Part shown: piece by piece, positions 23,839 through 36,450 of the stretch
Position numbering within the stretch: position 1 is the stretch's first letter
How the letters are laid out: every line of letters starts with the position of its first letter
Virus record (IMG/VR): IMGVR_UViG_2061766007_000877
Strand: one strand, 5' to 3'
Length of the DNA: 64,000 nucleotides
From: an uncultured virus (IMG/VR IMGVR_UViG_2061766007_000877)
Lineage: Duplodnaviria > Heunggongvirae > Uroviricota > Caudoviricetes
Translations under genes and position numbers: made by a program
The notes under the pieces: generated by a model
The model's input: only the letters and a program-made list of their open reading frames with translations
What the model was told of the DNA's origin: nothing
Databases searched by the model: none

Positions 23839-24954
23839 ATGAGTCAGATGAATATAAAGTCATTGGTTACAAACTGGGAATCACTGCACAATGCAAATAG
23901 GTCTTTGATAAATTTCTTTATGAAGCATGCAAAGATTTATTTGCATGGTGTGTATGATAATGGTATTTATACTGCATTATCATGCAATGTACAATATAGG
24001 TATAAAGTATACTGTTATGATACGACATGGGAGAGCACACCACAAGACACAGAGTGTTACTTGTTAAATTTACCTTTAACAACATATTCAGACAGCCAGG
24101 GTAGTGAAACATATCCTGCAGCAGTGTCAGACTCATTACCACTAATAACATCACCGTTATTAAGAAAGTCAAGCAAACTTCATTTTTGCAGATACTACAA
24201 AAGTGGAGGTGGTGGAGGCTCCAGTGGTTCAGGAGGTGGTTCTGGTAGTGGAGGGNNNNNNNNNNNNGTAGAGTCTTTATATGATATTACTGGATCAAGC
24301 GTTGATTTGATCCCGACTGTAAGTAATGTTGAAAACATAGACGATTCGTTAAAACCTAGCGACATTTCATCTGCCTCAGATACTATATCTGTAGATGTTA
24401 CATCATTGGGTGGTATGACTCTTAACTGTGATTATCAGTTAAGAACATCTACATTTAAACTCGGGAGTGATGAAGTTTATTATAAAATAGGAATATTTCC
24501 TTTTATAGACGATATAGACGTTACTGATCCAACTTTGAGCGTATCTGTAAACACCATTGATTCGCGTTTATCTGATATTATAGACTATCTTAAAACATGT
24601 ACTTTTAATGTTTTAAGAGATTCTGATGATTATACAAGACTGGCTTTTGATGATGGTTACACATATAGAGAGTTTATTGTAGAAACATCACTAGGTGACC
24701 GCACAATAAGTAAAGCCATTCCTGGTGGTATTATATTGCCTATTTTTAATGACTATGATACTGTTGCTGGTTTAGCCTATCTTCAGTTATTTAGCGGAAC
24801 AACAGAAAGTGCTATTACATATTCAAACAACCCATCATTATCAGTATCAGATGACGGTACAACGTGGACGCCAATAACTGGCTATGATAATATGTGTGTT
24901 GCAATAACTGACGAGCACATGGATGATGGTGAATTTGTACCATATAGTTTATAA
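23839..24954 (+). CDS. Putative virion protein (paralogue of 26469), Gly/Ser linker
   Basis: Shares LRTS.F, Y.KI.I.P, IP..II.PI...GL.YL.LFS with the 26469 protein. Confidence 0.6.
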   Translation: MSQMNIKSLVTNWESLHNANRSLINFFMKHAKIYLHGVYDNGIYTALSCNVQYRYKVYCYDTTWESTPQDTECYLLNLPLTTYSDSQGSETYPAAVSDSLPLITSPLLRKSSKLHFCRYYKSGGGGGSSGSGGGSGSGGXXXXVESLYDITGSSVDLIPTVSNVENIDDSLKPSDISSASDTISVDVTSLGGMTLNCDYQLRTSTFKLGSDEVYYKIGIFPFIDDIDVTDPTLSVSVNTIDSRLSDIIDYLKTCTFNVLRDSDDYTRLAFDDGYTYREFIVETSLGDRTISKAIPGGIILPIFNDYDTVAGLAYLQLFSGTTESAITYSNNPSLSVSDDGTTWTPITGYDNMCVAITDEHMDDGEFVPYSL

Positions 24955-24965
24955 GAGAGTACTTT

Positions 24966-25814
24966 ATGAAAACTGCTGTATTTACTGTAGTAAAGAATGA
25001 ACACAAATTTTTAGACGAATGGATTAAGTATCACATTAGTTTAGGAATTGATGAAATTCGTGTATATAGTGATAGGTATAGCAAATCGCATGAAGATATA
25101 TGCAAAAAGTATAACGTATTTCACGATACAACACTTAATTTATATGCAGATGACTCAAGAGATAGGCGTATAATACATGGCGGTTTTCAACTTCAGTATA
25201 TGAGGGCTGCTTTAGATAACTTAAAAAGTGAAGACAGTATTGATTGGGCTGCCTATATAGATTCTGATGAATTTATTACGTTACAAAACGAATATGACAC
25301 AGTAAGTGATGTTTTAAGTAATTTTAATGATTACAACGTCGTAGTTCTTCAGTGGCAGAATTACAACGCGTCTGGTCACATATTATCACCTTTTGGGAAT
25401 GTAATANNNNNNNNNNNNNNNNNNNNNNNNNNNNNNNNNNNNNNNNNNNNNNCAATAGCATCTTCAAAATTATTCTTTAATGTTAGAAAATGGGATGCAT
25501 CTAAAGTAAAAGGCAACATGCATATACCGCGTGCTGGTTGTAAATGGTGTAAGACAGATTTTTCAAAGAATCTAAACAAATCAACTTATGATAATATATA
25601 CATAAGACATTACATAACAAAGTCATTCGAAGATTATGCGTATAGACTTTTTGATAGAGGCCAATTCTTTAATTCAAAATGTCTAAAACATTTCTTTTTA
25701 TTCAATCCTGATATTGATAAAAATGACCCTGAAGTATTAAAAATAATTGACAGCTACTATGATAAGTATATGAATGGCGAACTTGATTGCTATGCATATT
25801 TGAGAGGTACTTGA
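24966..25814 (+). CDS. Glycosyltransferase (GT-A fold, GT92/Glyco_tranf_2_4-like)
   Basis: VVKNEHKFLDEWIKYHISLGID, WAAYIDSDEF (DxD) and YIRHYITKSFEDY motifs. Confidence 0.85.
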   Translation: MKTAVFTVVKNEHKFLDEWIKYHISLGIDEIRVYSDRYSKSHEDICKKYNVFHDTTLNLYADDSRDRRIIHGGFQLQYMRAALDNLKSEDSIDWAAYIDSDEFITLQNEYDTVSDVLSNFNDYNVVVLQWQNYNASGHILSPFGNVIXXXXXXXXXXXXXXXXIASSKLFFNVRKWDASKVKGNMHIPRAGCKWCKTDFSKNLNKSTYDNIYIRHYITKSFEDYAYRLFDRGQFFNSKCLKHFFLFNPDIDKNDPEVLKIIDSYYDKYMNGELDCYAYLRGT

Positions 25815-26455
25815 TGATACCGAAGAAGTTGCACTATATTTGGCTTGGAGGTGAAAAGACACCTCTTACACAAAAGTGTGTTGAATCATTTAATAAGTAT
25901 CTTTATGATTATGAAGTAGTTGAATGGAACGAGTCAAACATAGAATANNNNNNNNNNNNNNNNNNNNNNNNNNNNNNAAAAAGTACTATGAAAAGTGGTA
26001 CTCACAGGGTATGTTTGCATTTTGTTCAGATATAGCAAGACTGTATATATTATCTTCTAATGGCGGATTATACGCTGATGCTGATGTTGAGTTTATAAAA
26101 CATATGCCTGATCGTTTTATAGAAAAGCCATTGATAGCAAGATCATCATATAACAACGGAACTGTATGTAACGGTTGCGTTTGGGGGTGNNNNNNNNNNN
26201 NNNNNNACTAGGTGGTTTGATAATCACCTACAGATTGCAGGTGACTTGTATGGCAAGACATGGGTGTTTAACTCAATTCTAATGAGATTCTTCGAACTAT
26301 TCGGAGATAATGTTGGTAGTAATTCAATAGATGATTTCCACGGGTATAACGTATTTCCTGTTGATTATTTTTGTGCTAAGAATCGTTATACTGGAGAGTT
26401 ATCTATAACAAATAATACAATTTCAATATGTCATTTTGCCGGTTCATGGCACTAA
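25814..26455 (+). CDS. Glycosyltransferase GT32/OCH1-like (DXD sugar-binding family)
   Basis: MIPKKLHYIWLGG, AFCSDIARLYIL..NGGLYADADV, FPVDYF, CHFAGSW. TGATG overlap with the upstream GT. Joined across gaps. Confidence 0.9.
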
Positions 26456-26468
26456 AGAGGTAATAGAT

Positions 26469-27623
26469 ATGCCAAAGATGAAAGTTAAGGCAACAGTCGC
26501 TAATTTTAATTCAGAGCAATTCCCAAGTTCTGAAAAGACACTCATAGAGGCATTTACTAAATGTGCCTCAATGTATATGCAGGGTATTTATAAAAATGAT
26601 GGTAATATAGATCATCTATCATGTAACTGGCAAACAGACAATCGTGTTATTAGTATAGAAGCGTCACAGGGTCAAGGTGCCAACTTAGAATTTAATAATG
26701 TTGAGAAATTTATCTTTGATATACCATATATCGACGCTGTACTTACAGATGCTGATACTCCTAATGGAATAGACATAAATGAAGGAGGCTATCCTGATAT
26801 GACCACTTCATTAACAAAAGCTGTATCGCAAATGTATATGGCGTATCAACCTGACGACACATCTGGAAAAAATGTTGACAAATACTATTTAAGAAATGTA
26901 CTTGTTAGTGGTGTAGAAATAACACCACTTATTGGCGATAAAGAAAATAAAGATGCAAAGATAAAACCTGTGTCTATAAACAGTAATAATAAACTGATGT
27001 CACTTAAAACAAAAGTTGAATTAAATGGTGCGTCAACAATTCCTGAGCTTACATATAATTTACGTACAAGTGAATTTTCTGCACTTATGTCAGATGAGTA
27101 CTTGTACACCAATCTTTTTTATAAGATGTCTATTATACCATTAAGCCAAGGCACCGGTCAAGGTCAGATGGTAAGTTATAATGAATTAACGCTCGATACT
27201 ATCAATAGCATTGTTGACAGTGTAGCATTTTGCATTGGCGATAGTGATATAACATTAGACGGCAATGACACATGTTTATTTTATTTTTGTCGTATAGGTA
27301 ATGAAGAGGCAACCGCTAATAGGTTCTGTTGCATTGATGAAGCAAACCAAGACAACACTTACTGTAACATTCCGTCAAATGTAATAGTACCTTTATATGT
27401 CTATGATACTAGTCAGAGCGATTGGTTACAAGTAGGTCTTTGTTATATAGAATTATTTTCATCATTAGATGGTAGTGAAACACATTTAGATCTTAAAGGC
27501 AAATCAGTAGTTGCTCTATACAATTCACCGTCTGGTCCTACTGAGACTCCTTCTGAAGAAATTCCTGAGACTCCTTCTGAAGAAACTCCTATAATTGTGT
27601 TGTCACTTAGTGCTATACATTAG
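26469..27623 (+). CDS. Putative virion protein (paralogue of 23839)
   Basis: Shared motifs with 23839. ATG at 26469 after GAGG. ETPSEE duplication near the C-terminus. Confidence 0.6.
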   Translation: MPKMKVKATVANFNSEQFPSSEKTLIEAFTKCASMYMQGIYKNDGNIDHLSCNWQTDNRVISIEASQGQGANLEFNNVEKFIFDIPYIDAVLTDADTPNGIDINEGGYPDMTTSLTKAVSQMYMAYQPDDTSGKNVDKYYLRNVLVSGVEITPLIGDKENKDAKIKPVSINSNNKLMSLKTKVELNGASTIPELTYNLRTSEFSALMSDEYLYTNLFYKMSIIPLSQGTGQGQMVSYNELTLDTINSIVDSVAFCIGDSDITLDGNDTCLFYFCRIGNEEATANRFCCIDEANQDNTYCNIPSNVIVPLYVYDTSQSDWLQVGLCYIELFSSLDGSETHLDLKGKSVVALYNSPSGPTETPSEEIPETPSEETPIIVLSLSAIH

Positions 27624-27666
27624 AAGTATCAAACAATATAGTTATATTATTTAAAGAGGTGACATT

Positions 27667-30256
27667 ATGCAATTTAGCGAAGCTTATATAACAGACTATG
27701 GTCATCAATTGCTTGGTACTGTTACTGCTGCTAGCACAGCGAGTGGTGCAGGTAGTACACGAAACATTGTATGGAGAAATGCAAAGACAATTAGTACCGC
27801 AGCAGTGTACGACTATAATGAGAGTACAATAAATGCTTTGACAGACGGTAGTTCTCTATCATATTCTAGTGAAGGTAATGTTGTAGATGTTGCCTACTCT
27901 GATGATAATGGTGAGAAAACTGTTTTCTTATCATGCACATTAAGAAATACAGCAACTGTTCCTGCTGCTGGTAACCCTGACTGGCAAAAAGCATATGGCT
28001 TTGCAGTATGGGCAAAGTATGAAGACGAACCTGATACAGCATACAAAATTGCTTTATTTGCACGATGTGCTAAAGCACACGGCAGTACACCTGCTGATGA
28101 GATAGACAAAGTGCCATTATTTAGTGTAGAACCATGGCAAGCTGAAGTTAATTTTTCAATAAAGTTAACAAATAATATTAACAACTCTATTGCATTAGAA
28201 AGTGGCTATTATGCAAGAGCAGTTGCTTTACAGAATCTGCTAAATCGCACTGTCACAACAGTGTCTGCAACGTCAACAAGTTCTAGTATAGATGGTGATG
28301 ATCAAGACATCTATGGTGATAAAACATTTAAAGAAAACACGAAGTTTCATGGTAACACAGAATTTAGTACTGCTGATACAACGACAGACTTTAAGAATAC
28401 TGTAAATTTCAAAAATAATACAACTTCTTATGCTTCATTTTCTCCNNNNNNNNNNNNNNNNNNNNNNNNNNNAAATGACTTTACACTTCAGAATGCAGTA
28501 CCAAAGTCTAACTCTACTTATAATTTAGGTACTGATCAAAAACGATGGAACTATGTATATTCAAATTATGTTAATTCACCAAATATAACTGCAACATCTA
28601 TATCATCATCAACTGTAAGTGCGACAACTTTTACAGGTGCACTTAGTGGGAACGCCACAAGCGCTACAAAAGCCACAAATGATGTGAATGGTAATCCTAT
28701 TAATAGTACCTATGTTAAATTAGCTGGAGATGCTACAATCACAGGTACTAAAACATTTTCAGCAAATGGTTATCCTATAAAAATAAAAAGTAGTTCGTAT
28801 GACCATTATGTGCAAATAGGCCCTACAAATGATACATCTTATACTTATACTTATCGTTTTACAAAAGCTGAAGGGTACTATGTTAAAAATGGCCTTAAGA
28901 TTTCTATATATACAACCGCAACAGTAGGTAGTAGTTCTCCATACAATCTTACAAGCCTTGTAACAAAACCAAGCGCTCCAGAGATGTGGAGTATAGGCAC
29001 AAGCGATGCAAAATTAAAAGACATTTACGCTGTAACATTTCATGGGGCTCTTGATGGTGCAGCCACACAAGCAACTTATTTAGCTGCATCAGGTAACAAT
29101 CAAGTGTATGCTTATCGTACTAGTAACACAAATCAAGGAATAGCACCATCAAACTCGTCTAGTACAAATTATGTTAATCTAGGTAAGTCAAATGCGAAGT
29201 TTAGAACATTATATTGTGAATATGTTGGCGCAGCAAATTCACTCATTAGTCATGAATATGTAACATGTTTACATGCTTGGGGTGATGATGTTACAAGTTC
29301 AGGGATAAGATTCTGTGATGGCAGTNNNNNNNNNNNNNNNNNNNNNNNNNNNNNNNNNNNNNNNNNNNNNNNNCAGCTTAAAATTTCATCACTACAATGC
29401 AGCAAATGGCATTGATTATGTTGTTACAAGCACAGGCCCTAACACCACGGATAATTCATCAACTCCAAAGACGTTAATCACTCTTCCTGAAACAGACAAT
29501 TCATGGTCGATTGGGTCATCTGCCCGTAAATTAAAATATATATATTCTACATATTTTTATGGGCATGCATCTAGTGCAAGAAATTTATCAACAATATCAG
29601 ATGGGACAACATCTACAAAGTTAAGTGCAAATGATAATAATGTCATTGCCTCTACACATTTTATACCAAGTTATAATAATACGTATGATTTAGGAAGCTC
29701 AAACTACAAATGGCGTAAGATATATGGGGCTGCTTCTGATAATATAAAATATATTAGGTTGTACTCTACAGAAGGTACAAGTGAAACTGTTTACACTAAT
29801 AAATCTGGCACTAGTGGAACAGGTACAAACTTTCAAGAGTATTGTGATCTTCGTATGTATTTAGGGAGTGACTCACAAATTAACTGCTCTAGATATAATG
29901 ATAGCGGTAACTACGTAGACGCTATAAGCACTATGGAAGCATTACAAAATATTGTTGCATGGACTATTGCAGGTGACTGTTATTCAAACCCACAATATTC
30001 AACAGTTGGCTCTGTAAGAATGTTGTACTTTATAACAGGTTCAGAGTGGGCAAGAAGAGTTGGTCTTTATATGGCAGGGTCAGAACTATATCCAGCATTT
30101 CTAAGAACAGATGGTGCTGATGCTGATACATATGTTAGACTAGATGCTTCTTCGTACCCCTCATCTGCAATGAGCGGCACATGGAAAATGCTTCATAACT
30201 GCGGCAAAGTTAGATCTGGCAAAACACTTTTTGGCTTATTTGTTAGAGTATTATAG
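27667..30256 (+). CDS. Tail fibre protein 1
   Basis: N-terminal ITDYGHQLL (tail-collar-like). QDIYGDKTF/TITGTKTF, GNATSATK and repeated P....YxLGxxxxRW..Y units. Followed by a fibre chaperone. Joined across the gap. Confidence 0.85.
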
Positions 30257-30269
30257 AGGTGGGCATAGT

Positions 30270-30695
30270 ATGATTACAATAAATAAAGCAGAATGGAAAG
30301 ATAAAGGTCACACAATAATGACTGTTATATTTTCAAATGAGCAATATAAAAATATGCCTTTTGGCATAAGTTTGTCAGTAAAAGACAGTTCTCCGATTTA
30401 CAAAGAAATAGTAGAGAAGTTTAATAATGGTGAGTTTACACCAGATGAGTATGTTGAGCCACAACTGTCTAAAGAAGACCTGTCAGAAAATATAAAAGAT
30501 CTTCGTGCTGGTTTATTAAACAATACTGATAAATATATGACACTTGACTTTCCATTAAGCGATGAAGATAAAGGCAAAGTAAAACAGTTTAGACAGCAGT
30601 TACGTGATATTACAAAACAGGTTGGGTTTCCTTACAATGTTAAGTGGCCTACGCCTCCCGACTGCATAAAAGATCAAATAAATATGCCATCATAA
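30270..30695 (+). CDS. Tail fibre assembly chaperone
   Basis: R..LL..TDK...D.P...FRQQLRDITKQVGFPYNVKWP motif. Confidence 0.88.
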   Translation: MITINKAEWKDKGHTIMTVIFSNEQYKNMPFGISLSVKDSSPIYKEIVEKFNNGEFTPDEYVEPQLSKEDLSENIKDLRAGLLNNTDKYMTLDFPLSDEDKGKVKQFRQQLRDITKQVGFPYNVKWPTPPDCIKDQINMPS

Positions 30696-30698
30696 TAA

Positions 30699-30736
30699 AT
30701 AAAACCCCTAGAGCTTATAAGCTCTAGGGGTTTTAT
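30699..30736. terminator. Perfect 38-bp palindrome (terminator-like)
   Basis: ATAAAACCCCTAGAGCTTA|TAAGCTCTAGGGGTTTTAT. Confidence 0.75.
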
Positions 30737-30842
30737 AGTCTTTAAATTTAATAAGCTATACAGTCTGTGTATATACTATTGAGATATCAAAACTAATGCT
30801 AATGTTGTTACAGTGATTCCTTAAATGGAAGGAGTATTAAAT

Positions 30843-33800
30843 ATGGCAATAAACCCACACGACGATTATGAGTCACTAGCAAAGTTGCTATACCCTTCAA
30901 TAGAAGCATCAGGTAATGTCTATTATGGGCAAACCAGAAAGCTTACTATGGATGAAGTATTTGATAAGAATGGTAAAGGATTTCATTCTCATATTGAGTC
31001 ATTTAAGAAAAATGAGTACGATGTTAATTCTGAATATGAGACATTCTTTTGTTGGGAGTTAGGTCCTTTAAAAGGAACTGTTAGGGTGCCTGAGATTTTA
31101 CCATCCATCCCAATGTGTTTTGCAAAGTACAAAGTTATTTTTGATAATAAAGAAAATACACAGACTATTTACTCAGGTGGTGATTACAAGACGTACGAAC
31201 GTAGTGCTATTGCAGAGTTTGTTGAAATAGTTACTACACGTGGTAAGAATCCAATTGATAATGAAACGCATTGGGACGGCGCAAATTTTTATGTAGACAA
31301 TAGCATTGCAAGTTTTTACTTATATATTGCTATCAAAGATGCTTATGTATATGATGATAATGTGTATTCATATGANNNNNNNNNNNNNNNNNNNTTAACA
31401 TTTCATTTTAAAAGCACAGACCCATATACTTATATAGACAGCATGTTCTATATAAAAAGAAGCACAGGTAGTGATATTGATCTTAGTATGTATCAGTATA
31501 AAAGACCTAGTGACTCTGGTTGGGCGTCATTTACAGCAGGTAATGAAGCTACTGTAGAGGTAATAGACGGTGATGTATTAAAAGTTAGACTTGATCCTAC
31601 ATGTGCGTCTTCACAAGATGAAGACGAGTATATTCATTTTAGTTTAGAGAGCGGCTTTGAAGCATCAGTTAGTGGTGATATAAGATCTTTGCAGTCAAAC
31701 AAAAATGTTGTAGATAGTTATGAATTTTATAAGCTATTTAGTAGTTTTGGTAATCTTGTTAGTACAAAGAATTTAAAGCTACCATCAAAAAGTGTAGGTG
31801 CATATGGGTATGCACATATGTTTGCAAGTAATCCATCATTGACAGATGCACCAAGCGTTTTACCTGCATCAGACTTAGGTGAGTCATGCTATAGCAATAT
31901 GTTTCGTCAATGTGACTCATTAGTAAGAGTGCCAAAATTACCTGCTACAACTATTACAAATCAGTCATGCTATGAGAGCATGTTTAATAATTGTACAAAT
32001 TTAAAGATAGGCCCTGAGTTACCAGCAACATCAATAAGTGGTGACTGTTACAAGCTAATGTTTAACGGGTGCACATCATTAGTAAGAGCACCAGCATTAC
32101 CAGCACGATATGTACCTGAAAATGCCTACTACGAAATGTTCTCTGGATGTATCTCATTAAAAATACCACCACGTATATTAGCAGAACAGATAAATAACTC
32201 TGCTATGGAAAGAATGTTTTATGACTGTATGTCATTGCAGTCATCGCCAATATTTGTCATTAACAATATAGATGCATCACAAGATAACATGAAGTTGATG
32301 TTTTCTGGCAATGACTGCCCATCACTGGTAAACAGAGTATATATTTATACTTCAGATACATCAAAGATATCGACTACGTCTTGGCTTTACAACATTATTA
32401 GTAGTAATGGTGATTTTTATTGTGATCCTGATGCTACATTCTCATCAGGTGTAGACGGTATACCATCAGGATGGAGTAGACACGATATATATAAAGAATA
32501 TAATGATGGCAGCAACGAGTTACAAAAGCAAAGTAAATACAGAATAGATAATTATGTAATTACATCAGGCACTGACTCTAATGACAACGGTAGAGGTCTG
32601 TTATCAGACGAGTTCACATTGAATCACTTTGAGAATTCATTTGATGAGTATGGTTGTCATCCTGTAGGTACATACAATAATGACGGTTCATATAATCAAG
32701 ACATTTGGGGATACAAAACATTCAATAGCCCTGTGATGTTTAGAAATGGAATATACAATGATGGTGCATCTATCGCACAAAGATGTGTGAGAGCATATTC
32801 AGGCGGCCATCTTGTTAATATGTTACATGAGCACAGATACAGTACAAATGAATTAGTTTCTTCTGAGAACAATAAAACAATAGCAGGCTATGTTGGTCTT
32901 TTTAGTGCTGATACTGTGTCATCGTCATCATTGTGTTCTGGGTCTTTAGATTTAAGCCCATACTACAGTACAAGAAACTTAGAAGAAAACGATGCTTTTG
33001 GTGGCGATCNNNNNNNNNNNNNNNNNNNNNNNNNNNNCACCACTTCGACGAGCTGTAGTATACAGCCATGAAAAAGACAGCACTAATAATAATACTGCTA
33101 TTGTTAGCACAATAGTGGATGCACACTATCCTAAAGTAAAGTTGTACTCGTCTTGTAAACGAACTGGAGCTATAACGGCTGATTGTAATACAGGTATAAT
33201 ACTTGACCCACAGAACAGTAAGATTGAGTTGAGTGTATCTGACGCGCGGTACACAAATGGCGCATCCATAAAATCATACTGTGGCGAATTTGAAGGTCAA
33301 CTAAAAAGCATTATAAGTCTTGATGCTGACCACATTAACATTAATGGTACACTGCATGCAGAACTTGACGAAGAGAGCTTCACTGTTAGCAGTGCAAGAT
33401 CACTTGAATACGATGGAACAGCTAAAATAACAGCTAATAGTAGTGAATTAACAGCAAAGACAAGCATTATTCCTAATTCTGATAACACATATACTTTAGG
33501 CAGTGCGTCATCTGCTTGGAAAAACATTTATGTATCTGGTGGCACATCTAGTGGAGTACATAACTATATAATAATTGGTTATGATAGCTCATCAGATGTT
33601 ATTGATGCTTATAAGACAACAATAAAACCAGCACTAACAAACTCAGGCCAATTAGGAACTGCAAACAACCACTGGTATAGAGCATATATAAATTATATAT
33701 ATGTTGGCTCTAATGCAACTGAACTATCTACATATATTGCTGGTACAACGGTTACAAATGCTACTAACGCCACTAAGTTAGTATACTCAGATACAACAAA

Positions 33801-34671
33801 GTTAACTGCTGGTAACTCTAATATTACTGCATATGCCAATGTTATTCCTAATTCTAACAACACATATGATTTAGGTAGTTCAAATTATAGATGGCGAAAT
33901 ATATATGTCAACGGTGGTAATAACAGTTACTATATACAGATTGGTTATGATAGTAGTTTAACTAATTCATCTAGTAAAATGTCTATATCACCAAATGTAA
34001 GTGGGAATGGCTATTTAGGTACATCTGATAAGATATGGGCTGGTGCGTATTTGTACAACTTGTATATTGGCTATGAAGCTACTGATATCTCTACATATAT
34101 AAAAAATACTACTGTTACAAATGCTACTAATGCTACAAATGCAACAAATTTATCATATTCTGGAACTGCAAAATTAGCTGCTGGCAGTTCAAGTGTGACT
34201 GCTTATACAAGTATTATACCTAGCAGCACTGGTTCATATAATTTAGGCAGCGATGCAAAGAAATTTGATAAACTATATGTCAATAATATAATAGGTGCAT
34301 TTTATAAAGGTCTTGTAAGTGGCCCTGACATTGGCAGCATTACAAAAATAAGCATAGCTGTAAAACGTATATCTGGGTCAAACTCAAATCCGTATAATGC
34401 GTACGAGTTTGGTAGAGATGAGATTTACGTTGGTAAAACATTTAATGCAACGTATTATGGTGTAACAGCTACATATAAGATAACCGCTATAAAGTGTGCA
34501 AATATGCAAAGCTCGGCAACTTCCGGCCCTAAATATGTAGCACTTGAAGGTTCTTACGTTGAGTTCCCAGCTAATTTTTCAACTACTGATATTGCATATG
34601 CTAGAACATGGGCACCAATGGGATATTCTAATGACTATAGCCACTGGATTTTAGTTGTTCGTGTTGCATAG
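30843..34671 (+). CDS. Tail fibre protein 2 with BspA-like leucine-rich repeats
   Basis: Repeats LPAT.....CY..MF..C.SL...P at about 31770-32320. QDIWGYKTF and repeated IIP.S...Y.LGS....W..Y units. C-terminus ends VRVA like fibre 1 (VRVL). Joined across the gap. Confidence 0.8.
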
Positions 34672-34693
34672 TTACTTATAAGGATTTAATAGT

Positions 34694-35992
34694 ATGGCAA
34701 TTTATACTCAATATGCAAGATACTTAAAAGCAAGAGAATTTAAGAAAATGGTTGAAGACCAAGGTGACACATATATGTTGCTTGGCTTAGGCAACCCTTA
34801 CTGGGACGGTATGTCTAGTGGAGATGGTACTGTAAGCAGTGGAAGTTCAATGCCAGTTGCACCATATAGCACAGCTGCACTGTTACCTAACACAGGAGGT
34901 GTTGACACTCAATTTACAGACACTAACATCTACCAATATTTTACAGCACCTAATATATCACTTTTCGGAAAGTATGAAGAATGCACGATAAGCAATAGCG
35001 TACCTGCTGCAAATACATATATGAGTGCTGTAAAAAATTTACTACCACCATTTCCGTGTACATGGCAATATGATGGCACAATATATCATTCGGGTATAGG
35101 CACAGATATAAAAGTAAGTGAGCTGCACGAATATTATATATCAACTGGCGGTGAATCTGGTGGTACAGAGGCTTCCCCAATTTTAGTACATGTGACACCT
35201 GGAGAAAGAACTGCACTTCCTGGAGAGGAAAGGATACCAACAGGTATACAACCAGTTGATAGTGTCTATCGTCAGGCATACGCAGAAATGTATTTAAGAG
35301 GCCTATCATTAAAGAGCGGGTGTGCCGCACCTGTTGGTTTACTTGGTGCAGTTCGTTGTAGTGTAAACTTTGTAAANNNNNNNNNNNNNNNNNNNNNNNN
35401 NNNCTACAGCGCTGACAACGATATTTTCTGGTATGGCGATAGGTACTGGAAAATAATAGATGCTATTGATGATGATCCTATAAATGATTACATTAACGTA
35501 AATGGAGAAAGTGATAAAGGAAATGACATTTTATTCCCTTACCATTTACTATTTAATGCNNNNNNNNNNNNNNNNNNNNNNNNNNNNNNNNTAGTATACT
35601 TGACATTGACCAAAACATAGTACCTCGCCAGATTGCAATATTTTCTAGAAAGCGTGAAGATCCTGATACTGCAGGACCAAAATACTATAAAGTTGGTGAG
35701 AATGTATTCAACTTTGGTCAGTATAAAAAGAGTGACTATGCCAATAATTGGCCTTTTGGCTATAAAGATACTGAAAATACAATACCGCTCGGGCCGGAGA
35801 AAGGCGGCGGAGTGCATGGTGAATTTTTAAACTTTACATTACNNNNNNNNNNNNNNNNNNNNNNNNNNNNNNNNNNNNNNNNNNNNNNNNNNNNNNNNNN
35901 NTGACTTTAAGTTCATTCTTAATGACTACATTAAAGGAAGCGTTCGTGATAAGCACAGCATTGATCGTATTGGCTATGTGTTAGGATTCTAA
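34694..35992 (+). CDS. Baseplate wedge subunit (T4 gp8-like), tentative
   Basis: N-terminal YMLLGLGNPYWD and later PRQIAIF. Read across gaps to TAA at 35990-35992. Confidence 0.5.
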
Positions 35993-36018
35993 CATTTACT
36001 ATACAGTTAAATGTAATA

Positions 36019-36054
36019 AAGCAGCCATTGTATATCTAATAACAATGGCTGCTT
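36019..36054 (+). terminator. Hairpin with embedded TGTATATCTAAT
   Basis: AAGCAGCCATTGT-ATATCTAATA-ACAATGGCTGCTT at the end of the tail module. Confidence 0.7.
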
Positions 36055-36120
36055 ATTTNNNNNNNNNNNNNNNNNNNNNNNNNNNNNNNNNNNNNNNNNN
36101 NNNNNNNNNNNNNNNNNNNN

Positions 36121-36450
36121 CAGAAAGCTATTCTTGATAGACTGTATGAGTACTTAGGATTCAATGAGATAGTACCATTTGAAGAATACATTGATTTTAT
36201 GTTTCTTAATGCAAAGACAGGTGTTACATTCGATCATGTAGTCAATCACACGCTTGAGCACATCGTTAAATCGTTTTGGAAGGACTATCCAGAGTATCGT
36301 GAAAACAAATACATCCGACATTTTTGGATTAAACAGAACGACTTCATGTCCCATTTAAAAGCAGGTGATCCTGATGAGTACGATCCTAAAGGTTTAATAA
36401 GATATTTCGTTAAAGAAAATTTTAAGAAACTTGTTGCTACAAAGAGATAA
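36121..36450 (+). CDS. Hypothetical protein (start probably inside the N-gap)
   Basis: Frame stays open upstream of 36199. TAATG overlap with the next gene. Confidence 0.5.
   Translation, partial: QKAILDRLYEYLGFNEIVPFEEYIDFMFLNAKTGVTFDHVVNHTLEHIVKSFWKDYPEYRENKYIRHFWIKQNDFMSHLKAGDPDEYDPKGLIRYFVKENFKKLVATKR

Noticed and set aside
27667..34671. Diversity-generating retroelement or invertible fibre cassette
   Set aside because: No reverse transcriptase, recombinase or adenine-specific TR/VR pair is visible in this window.
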